From: Eledone cirrhosa
Taxonomy: Eukaryota
Length of the DNA: 64,000 nt
Direction: 5' to 3'
Assembly (NCBI GenBank): GCA_964016885.1
Contig: OZ024750.1
Coordinates: 50,406,001-50,470,000, forward strand
In this document: positions 13,530 to 26,444 of the stretch, one piece after another
Numbering within the stretch: position 1 is the stretch's first letter
How the letters are laid out: every line of letters starts with the position of its first letter
Translations under genes and position numbers: made by a program
Notes under the pieces: model-generated
What the model saw: the letters and a program-made list of their open reading frames with translations, nothing else
Told to the model about the DNA's origin: nothing
Database searches by the model: none

Positions 13530-15180
13530 CATTGTTAAAATCATTCTACAGCTGGAGCTGCTGCAGGGCATCCCAATAGAACCTGGGCGTGGAAAGGCTG
13601 TTTCAGCATATGCGGACGACATCACCGTGATGGTGTCGAACACCTCCGAAATCGAGGTGGTCAGCACCTACTTTGGAGAATATAAAAGGTTGACGGGAGA
13701 AAACCTAAGTCCGGAAAAGTCTGTGAGCATGCAGCGCGGCACCTGGAGAGGCAAATCCATGCAGTTCAATTGGGCTGTCGGATGATGGACGGACGACTGA
13801 GTAAAGTTGCTCGGTGTCTGGTTAGGTCAAGACCTCCAGATGGATAAGTGCTGGAATGAGGTTACGAACAAAGTCGTAACTCTCACCCAGAAATGAACTA
13901 AGAGGAAGCTGTTCCTGAAACGTCGGGTGGAGGGGTCGAAAACGTACACCATGTTCATCATCAACTACTGCCTGACCGTTGTACCTTGCCCTGTTCGCGC
14001 CTCGCCAAATAGGAACAGCTCAAATTCAACTTATTGCGTAGCGGTCCATCTGCTACTAACACCTTCTACGCGGAGGCCTGGATATACTATGGCTAATGAT
14101 GCGCAAACATGCGCTGATGCTGTGGCATCTCCAGATATTCTGCCTAATACGTGAACAGGTGTGGTCGCCGTTTCTGAGACAGGCCTCGCCGCAGTTAGTC
14201 TTTTTGAGGGTGCTGTAGTCCTGGGTCAAGAAGAGACCGAGACTGGGTGTTAGGCATCTGGAATGTTGCCAAGCACTCACTGCCCTCTACCAGGCTGGTA
14301 ATGCCGTAAGTGGAAATTCTACTCTCGAATTATGTAGAGGAGTATTGGTATCCAAGCGCGACAACGCAATCGGACAGTGTCTGTGTGTCGACAAAGTGGA
14401 ACTGACCAGTCAATTTCAGTGGATTTTCGGGTCGAGGACTATGGATAACTTCCAGACGTCACTCGCTTGTTAGTGCTATAGCGGGCACTGCCGATTCGAG
14501 ATTAATTCTACAGGCACGGAAGTGTTGTCAAACAGACATGGCTGAGATGCACGCAGTGACGAAACCGTTATGCACGCACTCGTCTAGCGACCTTGTATTA
14601 CTGATTTGTAGAGTTATGTTGGACAGCTCTTGTCGCATGTAGAACGGACTCGGCTATCGACGAAGTCCATTGTGATGATCAACCCGCCGCTTTCTTTTAG
14701 TCGGTGGCCGTAGCGAAAGAGTTATGCGTGGTTAACCATGTTGAAAAGACTGAGGACATACACTTTTCTCTTCGGCGAATCCCTCATCAAGTTTCACTTG
14801 AAAGGAAGGTGAAGGCAGAGAGGGAAGTGCTGCATCCCCATCCCCTCGCCTCCAGTACATTTGCCATATTGTGGATGAATTATGCACGTGTGATTAGGCC
14901 TACTCTGGACATGCGCCTGTAGGCTGGATGAATTGAGGACTAGAGGACTGCTCTTATCGGGTGCCCTCGAAACATCAAGTGGCTCAGGATTGGTAGAGTA
15001 CCTCAGTCACTCATGGGTGGTTATCACCCCTATTGGGGAATTTGTATTTTATAATTATATTGTTTATTGTTTATGTTTTTCTATTGTTTACTCTATTTTT
15101 CTTTAAAGCTTCCAGTGTCCACGTCTATTGTATTGTCCCATATATGCCGGCCCTTGAGGCCAATAAATGAAATCATTTTT
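13530..15180 (+). mobile_element. Tx1/L1-like LINE, 5'-truncated and decayed (RT C-half + C-terminal domain)
   Basis: VSAYADDITV, KLLGVWLG, YCLTVVPCP; homologous to 48.1-51.0 kb and 58.4-62.8 kb; ends in aataaa. Confidence 0.85.
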
Positions 15181-15189
15181 AACAGTAGA

Positions 15190-15372
15190 TGGCGGTGGAT
15201 GGGCAGAACCAGCAGAGGGTCGGACACCATGCTTTGCATCATGGAGTTACGGCCCTTGTCATTGTGAGTTCAAATCCCACCGAGGTTAACTTTGCCTTTC
15301 ATCCTTACGGGATTGATAAAATAAAGAACCAGTAATGCACTACCTTGTGCCAAACGTAGAAACAATGATTAA
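15190..15372 (+). mobile_element. SINE family 1 followed by (AGT)n
   Basis: Same body as other copies. Confidence 0.85.
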
Positions 15373-15373
15373 C

Positions 15374-15437
<64 letters not shown>

Positions 15438-16161
15438 CTTGTTGTTGTTTTATTTTTGCTGCGTATTTTCTATATGCTAGATATGTTTATATTTTGTTGT
15501 TGTTGATTATATTTTGAAGTTGTACTTGATTATTTTATTAGGTATTCTGAGGACGTTCTTTAAAACTGAACCATTTACATCCATAATCGCCATTTAACCA
15601 TCTCAAGAAACTATTTTTATTCTGTTTTCAGTTATTCTGTGACATATCAACATCTCCGGAGGGTCACTTCAACCTCGTTACTGTTACAGTCACATTACAC
15701 TACATATATTCTAGAGGTAGAGGAAACAAATACATAGGTACTTTCAAACAAATTCTATTTGAAATATTGGTAAAACTTGAATAAATATCGCTTGTTTATG
15801 AATGTCTGTCAGAGAGCAATACAGCATTTGCCCTTTAATAAAAACAAAATCCTTAATTCAATTAAAATGTCTCATATTTTAGTAAACTAGTGTAACATAC
15901 TAAACGCGTCAAAATCCTTCTAGCAAAACAAGTTAATATAAGCAGAAATGTTTGAAAGGTTAATTCTATTTAGTTATGAAAAAAATATCAATCTTTGAAG
16001 ATAAAAGGGGGAAGTGAATCCCAACCATTAAATGGGTGAACTACAAAGAGTAATGTGTGTAAATGGGAAGATAATGCAATTCACCTTTCAAATTTCTCAT
16101 TTTAGGTTCTTTTTGTAAGAAGTCTTTGAGGATTTCAAATTGATGCATGTGTATATACATT

Positions 16162-16288
<127 letters not shown>

Positions 16289-16306
16289 GTGCACGTATGC
16301 GTGTGT

Positions 16307-16346
<40 letters not shown>

Positions 16347-16769
16347 GTGTGTGTGTGTGCGTGTGTGCACGTATGTGTGTGTGTGTGTGTATGTGTGATA
16401 TGTGAAGAGTATACGTTTGCTTCTATGTGCGTGTTCCTTTGTGGATTTACACGACAAAGTGAACCTTTCCATTTGCAATGGTTATATACGTTTGCAGTTT
16501 ATAGACCCCGAGGAATGAAGGATTTCATCAACATTGATGGAACTGGCAAATAAAGAATCGGCCATGTCTCTTAACAATGTTGCTTCAAAACAAAAATGGA
16601 ATTTATTTTATGCAGCCCCAAATCTCAGGTTTATAAGTAGAATGCATTTGCGATGTTTGAATGTTCACACTATTTCGAAAGCTATTACGCAGATAGCTTA
16701 ACTGAAATATTATTTTAAAATATCACAAATTGTACGTGGATTCATTTTATCCACAATGGTTTATAAAAT

Positions 16770-16960
16770 AATTGTTTCTACTTTTGGCACAAGGCCAGCA
16801 ATTACCCAGTGCATTACTGGTACTTTATTTTATCGACCCCATAAGGATGAAAGGCAAAGTTAACCTCGGCGGGATTTTAACTCAGATCATACAGGGGGGT
16901 AACTCTATGCTTCAAAGCATGGCGTCCGACCCTCTACCGATACTACCAATCCACCGCCTT
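16770..16960 (-). mobile_element. SINE family 1
   Basis: Near-identical to 2773-2960. Confidence 0.85.
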
Positions 16961-18149
16961 TGGTTTATAAAATATAATGGTTTATAAAATAATACGGTTT
17001 ACTTTATTGATGAAATGCAGAATTCGAATAATTTAATTGTTTACTGATGTAGCATGAAATATCAAGTATTAGGTTGTTATTTCAAGTTGTTATTGCATTT
17101 TATTATCGAACAGAACGTTACATGCATTATTAGATTCAAGGCTTTAACTTCTAATGTGATTTAGTCATAATTCCATTTTGTACGTTTCAGGAACGTCTTA
17201 CTAATGGGGATTCATGTTAAAGAAAGAAAGGTGTAGTGATGTTAATCGGCTTAAAATTATCACTGATATATAGTCAAACAACATCCTTATAGATATTAGT
17301 TCTATTATTTCTGTTGGGTCCTCATGGTGTATGTTCCCTCAGTTTTGTCTAGAAGAATGCAGTCGTTTGATCAGCTAAACATCCAGCTCATGTGCACGTG
17401 TACTCTTAACCAGCAAAAGCAATGTTATACTAAACATGTAATGGCTCGAATTGTCAGTTACAGATGCAATCAATAGGATTCATCAGTGTTATAGTCTACC
17501 CAAACATTGTCACAAGGAGTGTATTGATCCCGGGTTATATTACTTACCTAATATTCCATGCAGAGGAATCTAACCCGAGATATTTCACCAGGCCTACTAA
17601 ATTCTGGCTGCGTGGTTTAGAAGTCTACTTTGCAATAGCAAGGTTCGGTTATCGAGTAACATCTGGGTCAATTGGCTTTACCCAAAACTTGGGTGGCTAA
17701 ATCTGTTTGAAAAAATCTGTGTGGAAGCCCGCCTGCTTGATTTTACCTGTATATGAATGTCTTGTTGCGTATTATCTTCTGGCAATTCGGCTTCGCAATT
17801 TAGTCAAGGTTAAACATATCTGTGAAATACTCAACCACTTACACGTGTATTCAGGAGTTAGAAGTTCAGTTCAGTTTAGGAGTTCAGTTCAGAAGTTCAG
17901 TTGATCAAACAACTGATTTCCTGGTCGTCGAATTCAGTGGTTGGACACCTAACTCAATACCAGATAATCGAATGTGTCCTTTCATTTTTAAAGACGGTAG
18001 CTTGTCATTTGAAGTAGAATTCAATGTTCTATTTAAGAAGTCGAGCGCCCACGTAGAAGATTGTAGCTGGCATATAAAGACATATTTGCAGCGAATGCTA
18101 TTTATGTATCAAGATGTTTGGTTTGTAAGCTGGCTAGCCTCTTTTTATG

Positions 18150-18720
18150 AATTATAAACCAACAATGGTTTTCATGAATGGATTTTATAAAATGGATCCC
18201 GGTCGGTTTTGACGATGAATGTTTCAGTTGTTCGATGAATGGTACGGCCTGATTGTGAAAGTATCGTGCAAGTGACCGAGCATTCGAAAGAAACGTGTAC
18301 CCTTCATGAAACGCGTATCTTTCCCGAGATTTACAGTGACACATTGTGTGACAAAGCTGGTCTTTTTAATTACAGACACAGCCCATTTCATGAGCATCCA
18401 AAACCTTTCTATCTATAAAATGCCACTCATAAGCAAAGGGTCATTCAGAATCTCTCGTAAGATTCCAAGCAGTGTGATAAAACTCAGAGTAGAATTACTG
18501 CAAGCGAACTCCTTATCCATTTGGCTATACTGCGTCAACCTTTTAGGGAGTAGAGTCAGAAAATATGATATCAGTCACTGGGGAGGTCACATAATGTGTG
18601 ACGAAAGAGTTTTGACAATATATAAAGAACCATCCGGTTACTGAACCAAGCAACCAGAAATCTATAATAAATTGAAGTGAAAACCAACAGGTGCGTGAGT
18701 ATTTATTGGCAGCTTGACCC
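18150..18720 (-). mobile_element. Possible decayed Gypsy integrase remnant
   Basis: GKDTRF..FRMLG..TIRPYHSSNN*NIHRQ resembles integrase D..G.QF / YHPxSNG.ERFHR; weak. Confidence 0.3.
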
Positions 18721-18794
18721 TCCAAAGTATAACAATTTATGTTTCAACACACCTATTTAGATAAGGAGCCCTGCAAAGCAAATTAAAAAATGAA

Positions 18795-18825
<31 letters not shown>

Positions 18826-18827
<2 letters not shown>

Positions 18828-18965
18828 CGGGGCTGTCTATAGTTTTGTGCGTATATATAAATTATATTCATACATTGTTGAAAGGAAAGCAAATTACAAT
18901 GTTGTACATTCTTTTATTATATTCCTGCCTTTCTCACTTGTTTTAATAAAGATGAAAGCAATATT
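18826..18965. mobile_element. Mariner-type terminal repeat remnant in (TA)n
   Basis: tacggggctgtctatagttttgtgcg terminus. Confidence 0.4.
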
Positions 18966-19057
18966 ATTTCTTAATGCTTGCAAATAATTTTTCTCGCACT
19001 AAACATACATACATATATAGACACGTATTTAAAACCCAAACATACATACATCCATGC

Positions 19058-19095
<38 letters not shown>

Positions 19096-19228
19096 CATGC
19101 ATGTATTTATATATGCCAGAGTGTGTGTATCTGTGTAAATATATATTCATATATTTTCATTTGTTTTAATAAAGATGAAAGTAATCTTCCTGAATGCTTG
19201 CGAATATTTTTTCCCGCGTTAGACATAC

Positions 19229-19291
<63 letters not shown>

Positions 19292-19689
19292 CGCGTGTGT
19301 ATGTAGTATGTATAGGTATGTATATATGCATGCATATGTATAGAAGACTAGTAGAAAAAGCATTAACAGAAAATATAAATATTTATATATAGTAGTGCTA
19401 TTCATTCTGCATTAATAAACATAATTTTTTGTTCACTGATGGTTATAAGTTTCAAAATCCACAGTACAAGCCATGTGACTTTGAGGCAGACATGGTCGTA
19501 CAAAAGGGAACACATTTGTATGCATACATAGATACACACACACGCACACACACATACATACACATACACACACACACACCCACACACCCATATGCACACA
19601 CACACACATACATGCATACACAAACGCATATATACACACATTGACACACATGTACGCACACATACACAAACACACACACACCACATTTA

Positions 19690-19904
19690 ATATATATGGC
19701 ATGCCTTCGTCAGATAAAATACAATATATAAACAGTTTATAATATGGTATCCCTGAAATATGTATAATGAAATAAATATGGTTTTATAAATATAGTTTCC
19801 ATTTGTTTAATATCGTATATCTACTCCCAAAACTTGTCGAGTGCTTTATATCAGTTATAAAATATTTACTTTTTGTAACCCAACAGTTTTAAATAAAACT
19901 TTTG

Positions 19905-19905
<1 letters not shown>
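19690..19905. mobile_element. Family-A HHR element with internal inversion splitting the ribozyme
   Basis: CTGACGA half on minus (19707-19713), GAAA tatgta TA half on plus (~19755-19775); collinear copy at 25940-26200. Confidence 0.7.
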
Positions 19906-19965
<60 letters not shown>

Positions 19966-20000
19966 ATATTATAATATATATATATATAGAGAGAGAGAGA

Positions 20001-20635
20001 GAATCGAATGAAACGAAATTTCATTTCTCACTCTTAGTACGGCACTTACTTAAATGTACGTATGTATGTATACGTACATACATATAGGTATACAGGCGTA
20101 CAGTAGTATGTATATATATACATACATGCACACATATATATATGCACGTATCGGTTTACCGAACATTTCGGGCTGTTTGTTTGTTTACAAACATTGTAAA
20201 CAAACAAACAGCCCGAATTACGACGTACAGTGTTTAGGCAACAACGTCACCTTTTTGTTCAACACTGACACAGGAACGATGTACCAGTTTCAAGCTTATT
20301 AGCTATCGTCAGCATCGCATACCTTCCTTCCAGATGGCTGAACGTCTGAAAGTATATAATTTCCGAATGCATATTAACGGCCGAGCAGCCTAATTTGCAT
20401 ATCGAGTGAGTTCAGTCGGCTGGGCGCACCGAAAACGATAAATGGAATAGAATGAAACGAAATTTCAGTTCTCACTCTTAGTACGGCACTTACTTAAATG
20501 CAAGTATGTATGTATGTATACGTACATACATATATGTTTACAGACGTACAGTAGTATGTATATATACATAGATGCACACATATATATATGCACGTATCGG
20601 TTTACCGAACATTTATTATAATGCTCGGTTTGTTT
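20001..20635 (-). mobile_element. Retrozyme-like tandem element (444-bp unit, ~1.4 copies) with intact HHR 20277-20317
   Basis: cgatg CTGACGA t agct aata agct t GAAA ctgg TA catcg; unit start repeats at 20001 and 20445; homologous to 38137-38986. Confidence 0.85.
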
Positions 20636-20869
20636 CACCAGCTGGTGTCAGAAGCAGTGAAGTATATTTCTAATGACTTGATTTTTTATTTCATTGTTTT
20701 AACTTATATCATGACTCTGTTTTCCTTTTAATGTTTTATTGTTTTCCGGAATTTGTTTTAACCTACAGCATTTTCAACATATGGATTACATTGAGTTCTT
20801 CATGCAGACTAGAACCCACAACTTACCGTGGATATCTCTGTGTATATATAAAGCAGTATAGTTAATACG

Positions 20870-21070
20870 AAGCATTGTGAGATATGTAATGATTCCATGC
20901 AAGCGTATTTCAGACCTGCTGACTTGTTGAGGGAGAACATATCGAGGTTTCGTTTTTGAACAACGTGAAATAAAATGTCTTGCTCAAGGACGTAACGCAC
21001 CGCCGGGAATCGAACTCACGTACATACGACTGTAAGCCGAATTCCCTAACCACAAAGCCACACGCCTTCA
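20870..21070 (-). mobile_element. SINE family 2 (tRNA-like head)
   Basis: ggcgtgtggctttgtggttagg..gagttcgattcc..ccttgagcaagac. Confidence 0.75.
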
Positions 21071-21089
21071 CCATATGTAATTGTTTCTT

Positions 21090-21480
21090 TAGCAAATCGA
21101 TTCCCGATTAGTGCAATTAGTACTGCTTCGGATACCAGCTCTTATAACGGGTCTACCTCTAACCCTTTTAAGGTACGCTATAACGCGCACTCTTTTTCCT
21201 TCCGAGACTCTAGCAACAGATGTTTGACATCGCTAGCTAGGCCCAATAAAACCCTTAAATTAAACAACGTTCAACACTCACTAAAATGGGATATCGTGGC
21301 TAGGGCCCAACCGTTCAATGGACGAAGAAAACCTTGTGATCTCTGTGTTACGGAAGCATATTACATAACTCTATCACGACCTCTACCGATTAACGATAGA
21401 ACGGAGGTAACTATTAGCTGTCAACATCGAAGGGCTAATTCCTTCGCCAATAGAATTTTTGACCCAACTTATTCATGTAG
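21090..21480 (+). mobile_element. Penelope-like GIY-YIG endonuclease fragment
   Basis: YNGSTSNPFKVRYNAHSFSFR..LKWDIVARAQPF..CDLCVTEAYYI..NDRTEVTISCQHR. Confidence 0.85.
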
Positions 21481-21812
21481 CCCCATTCCTACTTGTAGCT
21501 AATAAGTTAAATTGCTATGAACAACTCGATAATTGTAAGTTAGCTCCCCTACATTGTCTCTCAATTAAAAAATTTAAAAACTAGCACTTAACTATAAATA
21601 CTCACAATCGCTAATCTCTCGAGAAGTTACTTCCCCTGAAACCACCCTCTAATTAGTAAGGTAAATATGCCCCTTGGCAGCCATCTTGTTACCCATAGGC
21701 AGATCTTACATGGCTGACAGCTGATGCAACCAAGACACCATAGTAAAAACCAATATATGGAAGATTATATTATGTAACATTATCCCATTATTTTAATTTA
21801 TATTCCTTTGAA

Positions 21813-21932
21813 GTTCCGATGAGCCACTCTGTTTTTTAAATGTGTTAATTATTTTCAACTGAACCAGATCAATTATGATATATAGTCATCTGATCCAGAA
21901 ATATTATATGAAGTAGCGAAACAATTGTAAAC
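21813..21932 (+). ncRNA. Type I HHR with large loop II, U4C variant core, in the Penelope 3' region
   Basis: gtt CCGATGA gccact..(~80 nt)..agtagc GAAA caattg TA aac. Confidence 0.6.
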
Positions 21933-22392
21933 GGACATTATTATTATTAATATTATTATTATTATTCTCTACATTCCTTACATCAAACTAAAATATGTTG
22001 AAAATATTTTAATAATGTCTTCCTTGTGAAGTTTGTGGTCTTGTTTTGCTTAACTAATGAATATTTCCAGCTCTGCGCACCTAACTTCTGCATGAACCCA
22101 GCCACCTAGCTGCTTTCTACTGCATATTGCACATTGAGCACTTGCCTTAACGCTTTAGCTTCTAACTAATTCACCAATCTCTCCTCTCATATCTCCTCTA
22201 CTATCTCCATCTCTCTATTTAAGATTGGTTACTCTTGAACTGTATATATATATATTAGAAAGTGAGGTTTTATTTACAAAATGAAAAATAACCGAGGTGT
22301 CCTACACGAGTGAAAGTATAAAGAAAAAGAGATGAAATCGAAAATGCAACTGGAGTCTTATTTTTTTTTAAAATATATATATTTATTTGGTT

Positions 22393-22430
22393 CCTTTACC
22401 GGTTTCGCAGTTCTTCTGCTTTTCAAAAGG
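22393..22430 (-). ncRNA. Minimal type I HHR with U3:A8 covariant core
   Basis: cctt TTGAAAA gcag aagaa ctgc GAAA ccgg TA aagg; lies in element 22255-22470, homologous to foldback 25408-25670. Confidence 0.7.
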
Positions 22431-22490
22431 TGAGTTGAGATGGAGGGTCTGTGGTTTTTCTCACATCTGTATATATATATATATATATAC

Positions 22491-22523
<33 letters not shown>

Positions 22524-22526
<3 letters not shown>

Positions 22527-23207
22527 AATGTATTTATAGTATATTTGGCAATATACCGTATGCTTAATTAAAAACCTTTGAAGACCATACGCTATCAGTT
22601 TTAAAGTAGTGACTATGTCACTTCTTTTCTTCGGCGAAAGAAGGAAGATAAGCTAATAAACTGTCTGTTTCACGCTGTTGGCGATCATCAGAGCAATGTA
22701 CGCCCCGCTTTCGCCGAAGATTATAGAAGCTGGATTCTTATAGAAATCCAGTAATAATCAGGGACTGATTATACAGAGCGGTTGTGTGTCCAGCAAAAAT
22801 TAGGTATTAGGATTGGTGCTCTGATAGCGTATGGTCTTCAAAATGTGTTTAATTAAGCATACGGTATATTGCCAAATATACTATACATACATTCATGTAT
22901 ACATCGCTATTTCAGAGCACCAATCCTAATACCTAATGTTTGATGGACCGGCAATAGCTCTGTATAATCAGCTCCTGGTTATTACTGGAATTCTTTAAGA
23001 ATCCATCTTCTATAATATTCGGGGAAAGCGGGGTATACGTTGCTCTGATGAACGCCAACAGCGTGAAACAGACTGTTAGCTTCTCTCCATTCTTTCGCCG
23101 AAAAGAAGTGACATAGTTACTACTTTAAAACTGATAGCGTATGGTCTTCAAAATGTGTTTTAATTAAGCATTCGGTATATTGCTAAATATACTATACATA
23201 CATTCAT
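22524..23207. mobile_element. pLTR-like non-coding element: inverted copy (22524-22822) + tandem direct 310-bp units; HHRs 22652-22694 (-) and 23042-23080 (+)
   Basis: ctgatagcgtatggtcttca at 22821 and 23131, reverse complement at ~22575-22598; gct CTGATGA acgc caaca gcgt GAAA cagactg TT agc. Confidence 0.85.
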
Positions 23208-23299
23208 ATATATATATATATCAAAGTTATATATTGAGTTAGGAACTCAAAATTGTCTCTTACAACAAAATACCTCTAAAAAAGAGATATTTCCGAGTC

Positions 23300-23950
23300 G
23301 TATATTATAATAGAATATAAAAGAAAAACGAACACAGATATATACATATATGTGTTCAAATCGTAAGGGACCAGATTCGCTAAGGTGAAAAGAATACTAA
23401 CTATAGACAATTGGGTTTGCTTGTCTCAATTTAAGAAAAATCAAGAAAATAATTACAAACCGGAATTGTGGTAATACCAATCACCCAGACAACTTGTTGT
23501 TTCGCAATTTTAATTCTGAATAGAATTACCGATTCTAGCTAATCAGTGGTTGATGAATTATTATCCTAGACACTTCTAAGTATATTAATAAACTGAATAG
23601 TCTGCTATATATAATAGCGTACATGGTATCTTAGCGTGTCTCACAAACTTACACCACTAAAAGTAGCAGCCAGGTTTATTCGACATTTGAAATAGCTCAA
23701 CAAATTAACGGAGCCGAATAGGTAATTCTATTCAGAATTAACATTGCGAAACAACAAGTTGTCTGGGTGATTGGTAGTTACCACAATTCCGGTTAGTATT
23801 TATTTTCTTGATTTTTCTTAAATTGAGACAAGCAAACCCACTTGTCTATAGTTAGTATTCTTTTCACCTTAGCGAATCTGGTCCCTTACGATTTGGACAC
23901 ATATATGTATATATCTGTGTTCGTTTTTCTTTTATATTCTATTATAATTA
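23300..23950. mobile_element. Foldback (arms ~23300-23535 / 23715-23950) with HHR 23481-23553 (-), G8U core
   Basis: tcaacca CTGATTA gc..gc GAAA caac aa gttg TC tgggtga; arms are reverse complements, flanked by (TA)n. Confidence 0.75.
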
Positions 23951-24054
23951 TATATATATATATATATATATATACATGTGTGTGTGTGTGTGTATGTGTG
24001 TGTGTGCGTGCGTGTGCGTGTGTGTGTGTGTGTGATAGAGAGAGAGAGAGAGAG

Positions 24055-24570
24055 ATGGATGATTGTTAAGCTGGAATGGCGAATGGAAATTCCATCACAC
24101 ATCACTCAGTTATTGTTGAGGCCAAACATTATCTTAGTTCCCCAGGTGAAAAGACAGCCCGTCCTAGGATAACTGTTGCCTGGGAAGAAAGGATAGAATC
24201 GGCAAAGGAGAGAAAGAAAGCAAAGTACCAGGAGATCGTGGAGGATGGCCACAAGAATAGGTGTAGGGTTTAGCTGAGAGTTTGCAGCTCGTACCCCGTG
24301 CAAAGGGGTATACGGAAATGTATATATTACGTGAACAGGCGAGAAGTAAGCAATGAAAAACAACGTGCAAGCAACATTGACGACATGGAGGTGGCTCTGG
24401 CTGAAAAAAAATGACCAGTGGGTTCAGTAGTATGCGTGTCACTTGGAAACAGACTGAGGCCTGATCAACCTCTCTTGAGTCTACTGATTGAGGGTGTCTG
24501 TTGCAAGACCCGAGACATCCAGTGACACCAGAATACAACATTGTTGACTTGTCCAAGGTTTTGCATCCGT
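24055..24570 (+). mobile_element. HERO/NeSL-like RLE non-LTR element, 3' fragment
   Basis: PSHITQLLLRPNIIL..ITVAWEERIESAKERKKAKYQEIVED; 3' UTR ggcctgatcaacc..gagggtgtctg..agacccgagacatcc. Confidence 0.7.
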
Positions 24571-25007
24571 GGATATGTGAGTAACGATACAGTGAGTGCG
24601 GAGGTGAGATTCTACATTAACACAACTCACCACTTGGCCATAAGTAAGAACATATACACGCGTGTGTGTGTGTTTGTCTGTGTGTGTGTCTATATATTTG
24701 TTTATGTTTATATGATCGTTATTGAATATTTATACCAGAGTGATGTATTCCTTTGATCTTATTTAAACTTGCATGAATAACTTAAGCGTATTTCTCTTTT
24801 ATCTTCATTTCCATCATTAACCGTCTTCGTGGAATATCCTTTTCATTCCTTTTCATTCCTACACCATTTTTTTATAATCCTTCCGGTCATTCCTTTGAAA
24901 TTTTTAATGTAGCGTTATTGTTCTTCGTTTTCTGATTATTTGATTTTCCTCCATTGTTTCACTCCGAAAATCACCTTATCTCTCTCTCTATCTCTCTCAC
25001 ACACACA

Positions 25008-25099
<92 letters not shown>

Positions 25100-25102
<3 letters not shown>

Positions 25103-25265
25103 TAATTCAAAATATTAATAAATATAGACATTCATGGGATCAAATATATTTTATTATATATATTTCAGAGGTACTGTGCTCTTTCCTCAGTACGTCCTCA
25201 TCAGATAAAATAAATTGATGTATGACATACCTCACCTGTGCTGATGGTTCAATTCCAGTCTTGGT

Positions 25266-25270
<5 letters not shown>
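25100..25270 (-). mobile_element. HHR element family B; intact HHR 25147-25212
   Basis: tattttat CTGATGA ggacgtactg..cagtacctct GAAA tatata TA ataaaata; homologous to 35325-35480. Confidence 0.8.
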
Positions 25271-25350
<80 letters not shown>

Positions 25351-25407
25351 AGAGAGAGAGAGAGATAGAGAGAGAGGAGGGGATAGATGTATGTGTGTAT
25401 ATATATA

Positions 25408-25672
25408 TATTAGTAAGTGAGGTATTTTTTACAAAATGAAAATTAACCGAGGTGTACTACACGAGTGAAAGAATAAAGGAAAAAAATGAAATCGAAAATT
25501 CAACTGGAGTCTTATTTTAAAAGAAATATATATATTTATTTGGTTCCTATATTTTTTTTTAAATAGACACCAGTGGCATTTTCGATTTCATCTTTTTTTC
25601 TTTATACTTTCACTCGAGTAGGACACCTCGGTTAATTTTCATTTTGTAAAAAATACCTCACTTTCTAATATA
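25408..25672. repeat. Foldback of the 22255-22400 element, bounded by TA
   Basis: attagtaagtgaggtattttttacaaaatg.. / ..cattttgtaaaaaatacctcactttctaat. Confidence 0.8.
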
Positions 25673-25861
25673 TATATATATAGAGAGAGAGAGGGAGAGA
25701 GAGAGAGATAGAGAGAGAGAGAGTGAGAGATTTTATTAAGGCTAATATGTGAGTCTTGTTACTCTGAAGTTTCCCCTGTGTAATCAGACAAGAAAAAAGA
25801 TTAATATTTAAACTCAACTTCGGTATTGGTGATTCTTTTCTCTCAGCCGTTAAGCGCTCAC

Positions 25862-25939
<78 letters not shown>

Positions 25940-26200
25940 GGAAAGTTATATTTAAATTGTTGGGTTACAACGAGTAAATATTTATAACTGATATAAAAGC
26001 ACTCAACAAGTATTTGGATTATATTTACGATATTAAATAAATGGAAATTATATTTATAAAACCATATTTATTTCATTATATATATTTCAGGGATATCATA
26101 TTAAACATATGTTATGCCTTCTTCAGACAAAATACAATATAGACAGTCTTATAAATAAATAGATTCGACATACCTTTCAACATCGACTTGCATTTGAAAA
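25940..26200 (-). mobile_element. Family-A HHR element; intact HHR 26069-26134
   Basis: tattttgt CTGAAGA aggcataacatat..atatgatatccct GAAA tatata TA atgaaata (stem I kept by G-U pairs). Confidence 0.8.
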
Positions 26201-26407
26201 GTTGATTTGGTAGTAAAAATATTATGGACAGTTGTAAAAAGAAAGAAAGAAAGAAAGAAAGAAAAACGAAGAAAAAGAAGAAATGCATGCAACTAAATAG
26301 AGAGAGATAGAAAAATAGATAAAGAGAAGAACTTCATGTAAAGAAACAGAGAGAGATATATAGAGAGAGGAACAAATAGAGGGAGATAGATAGAGAGAGA
26401 GAGAGAG

Positions 26408-26444
<37 letters not shown>

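Noticed and set aside
17540-17645. Gypsy gag-like FWLRGLEVYFAIAR
   Set aside because: Too short and overlaps a decayed SINE head
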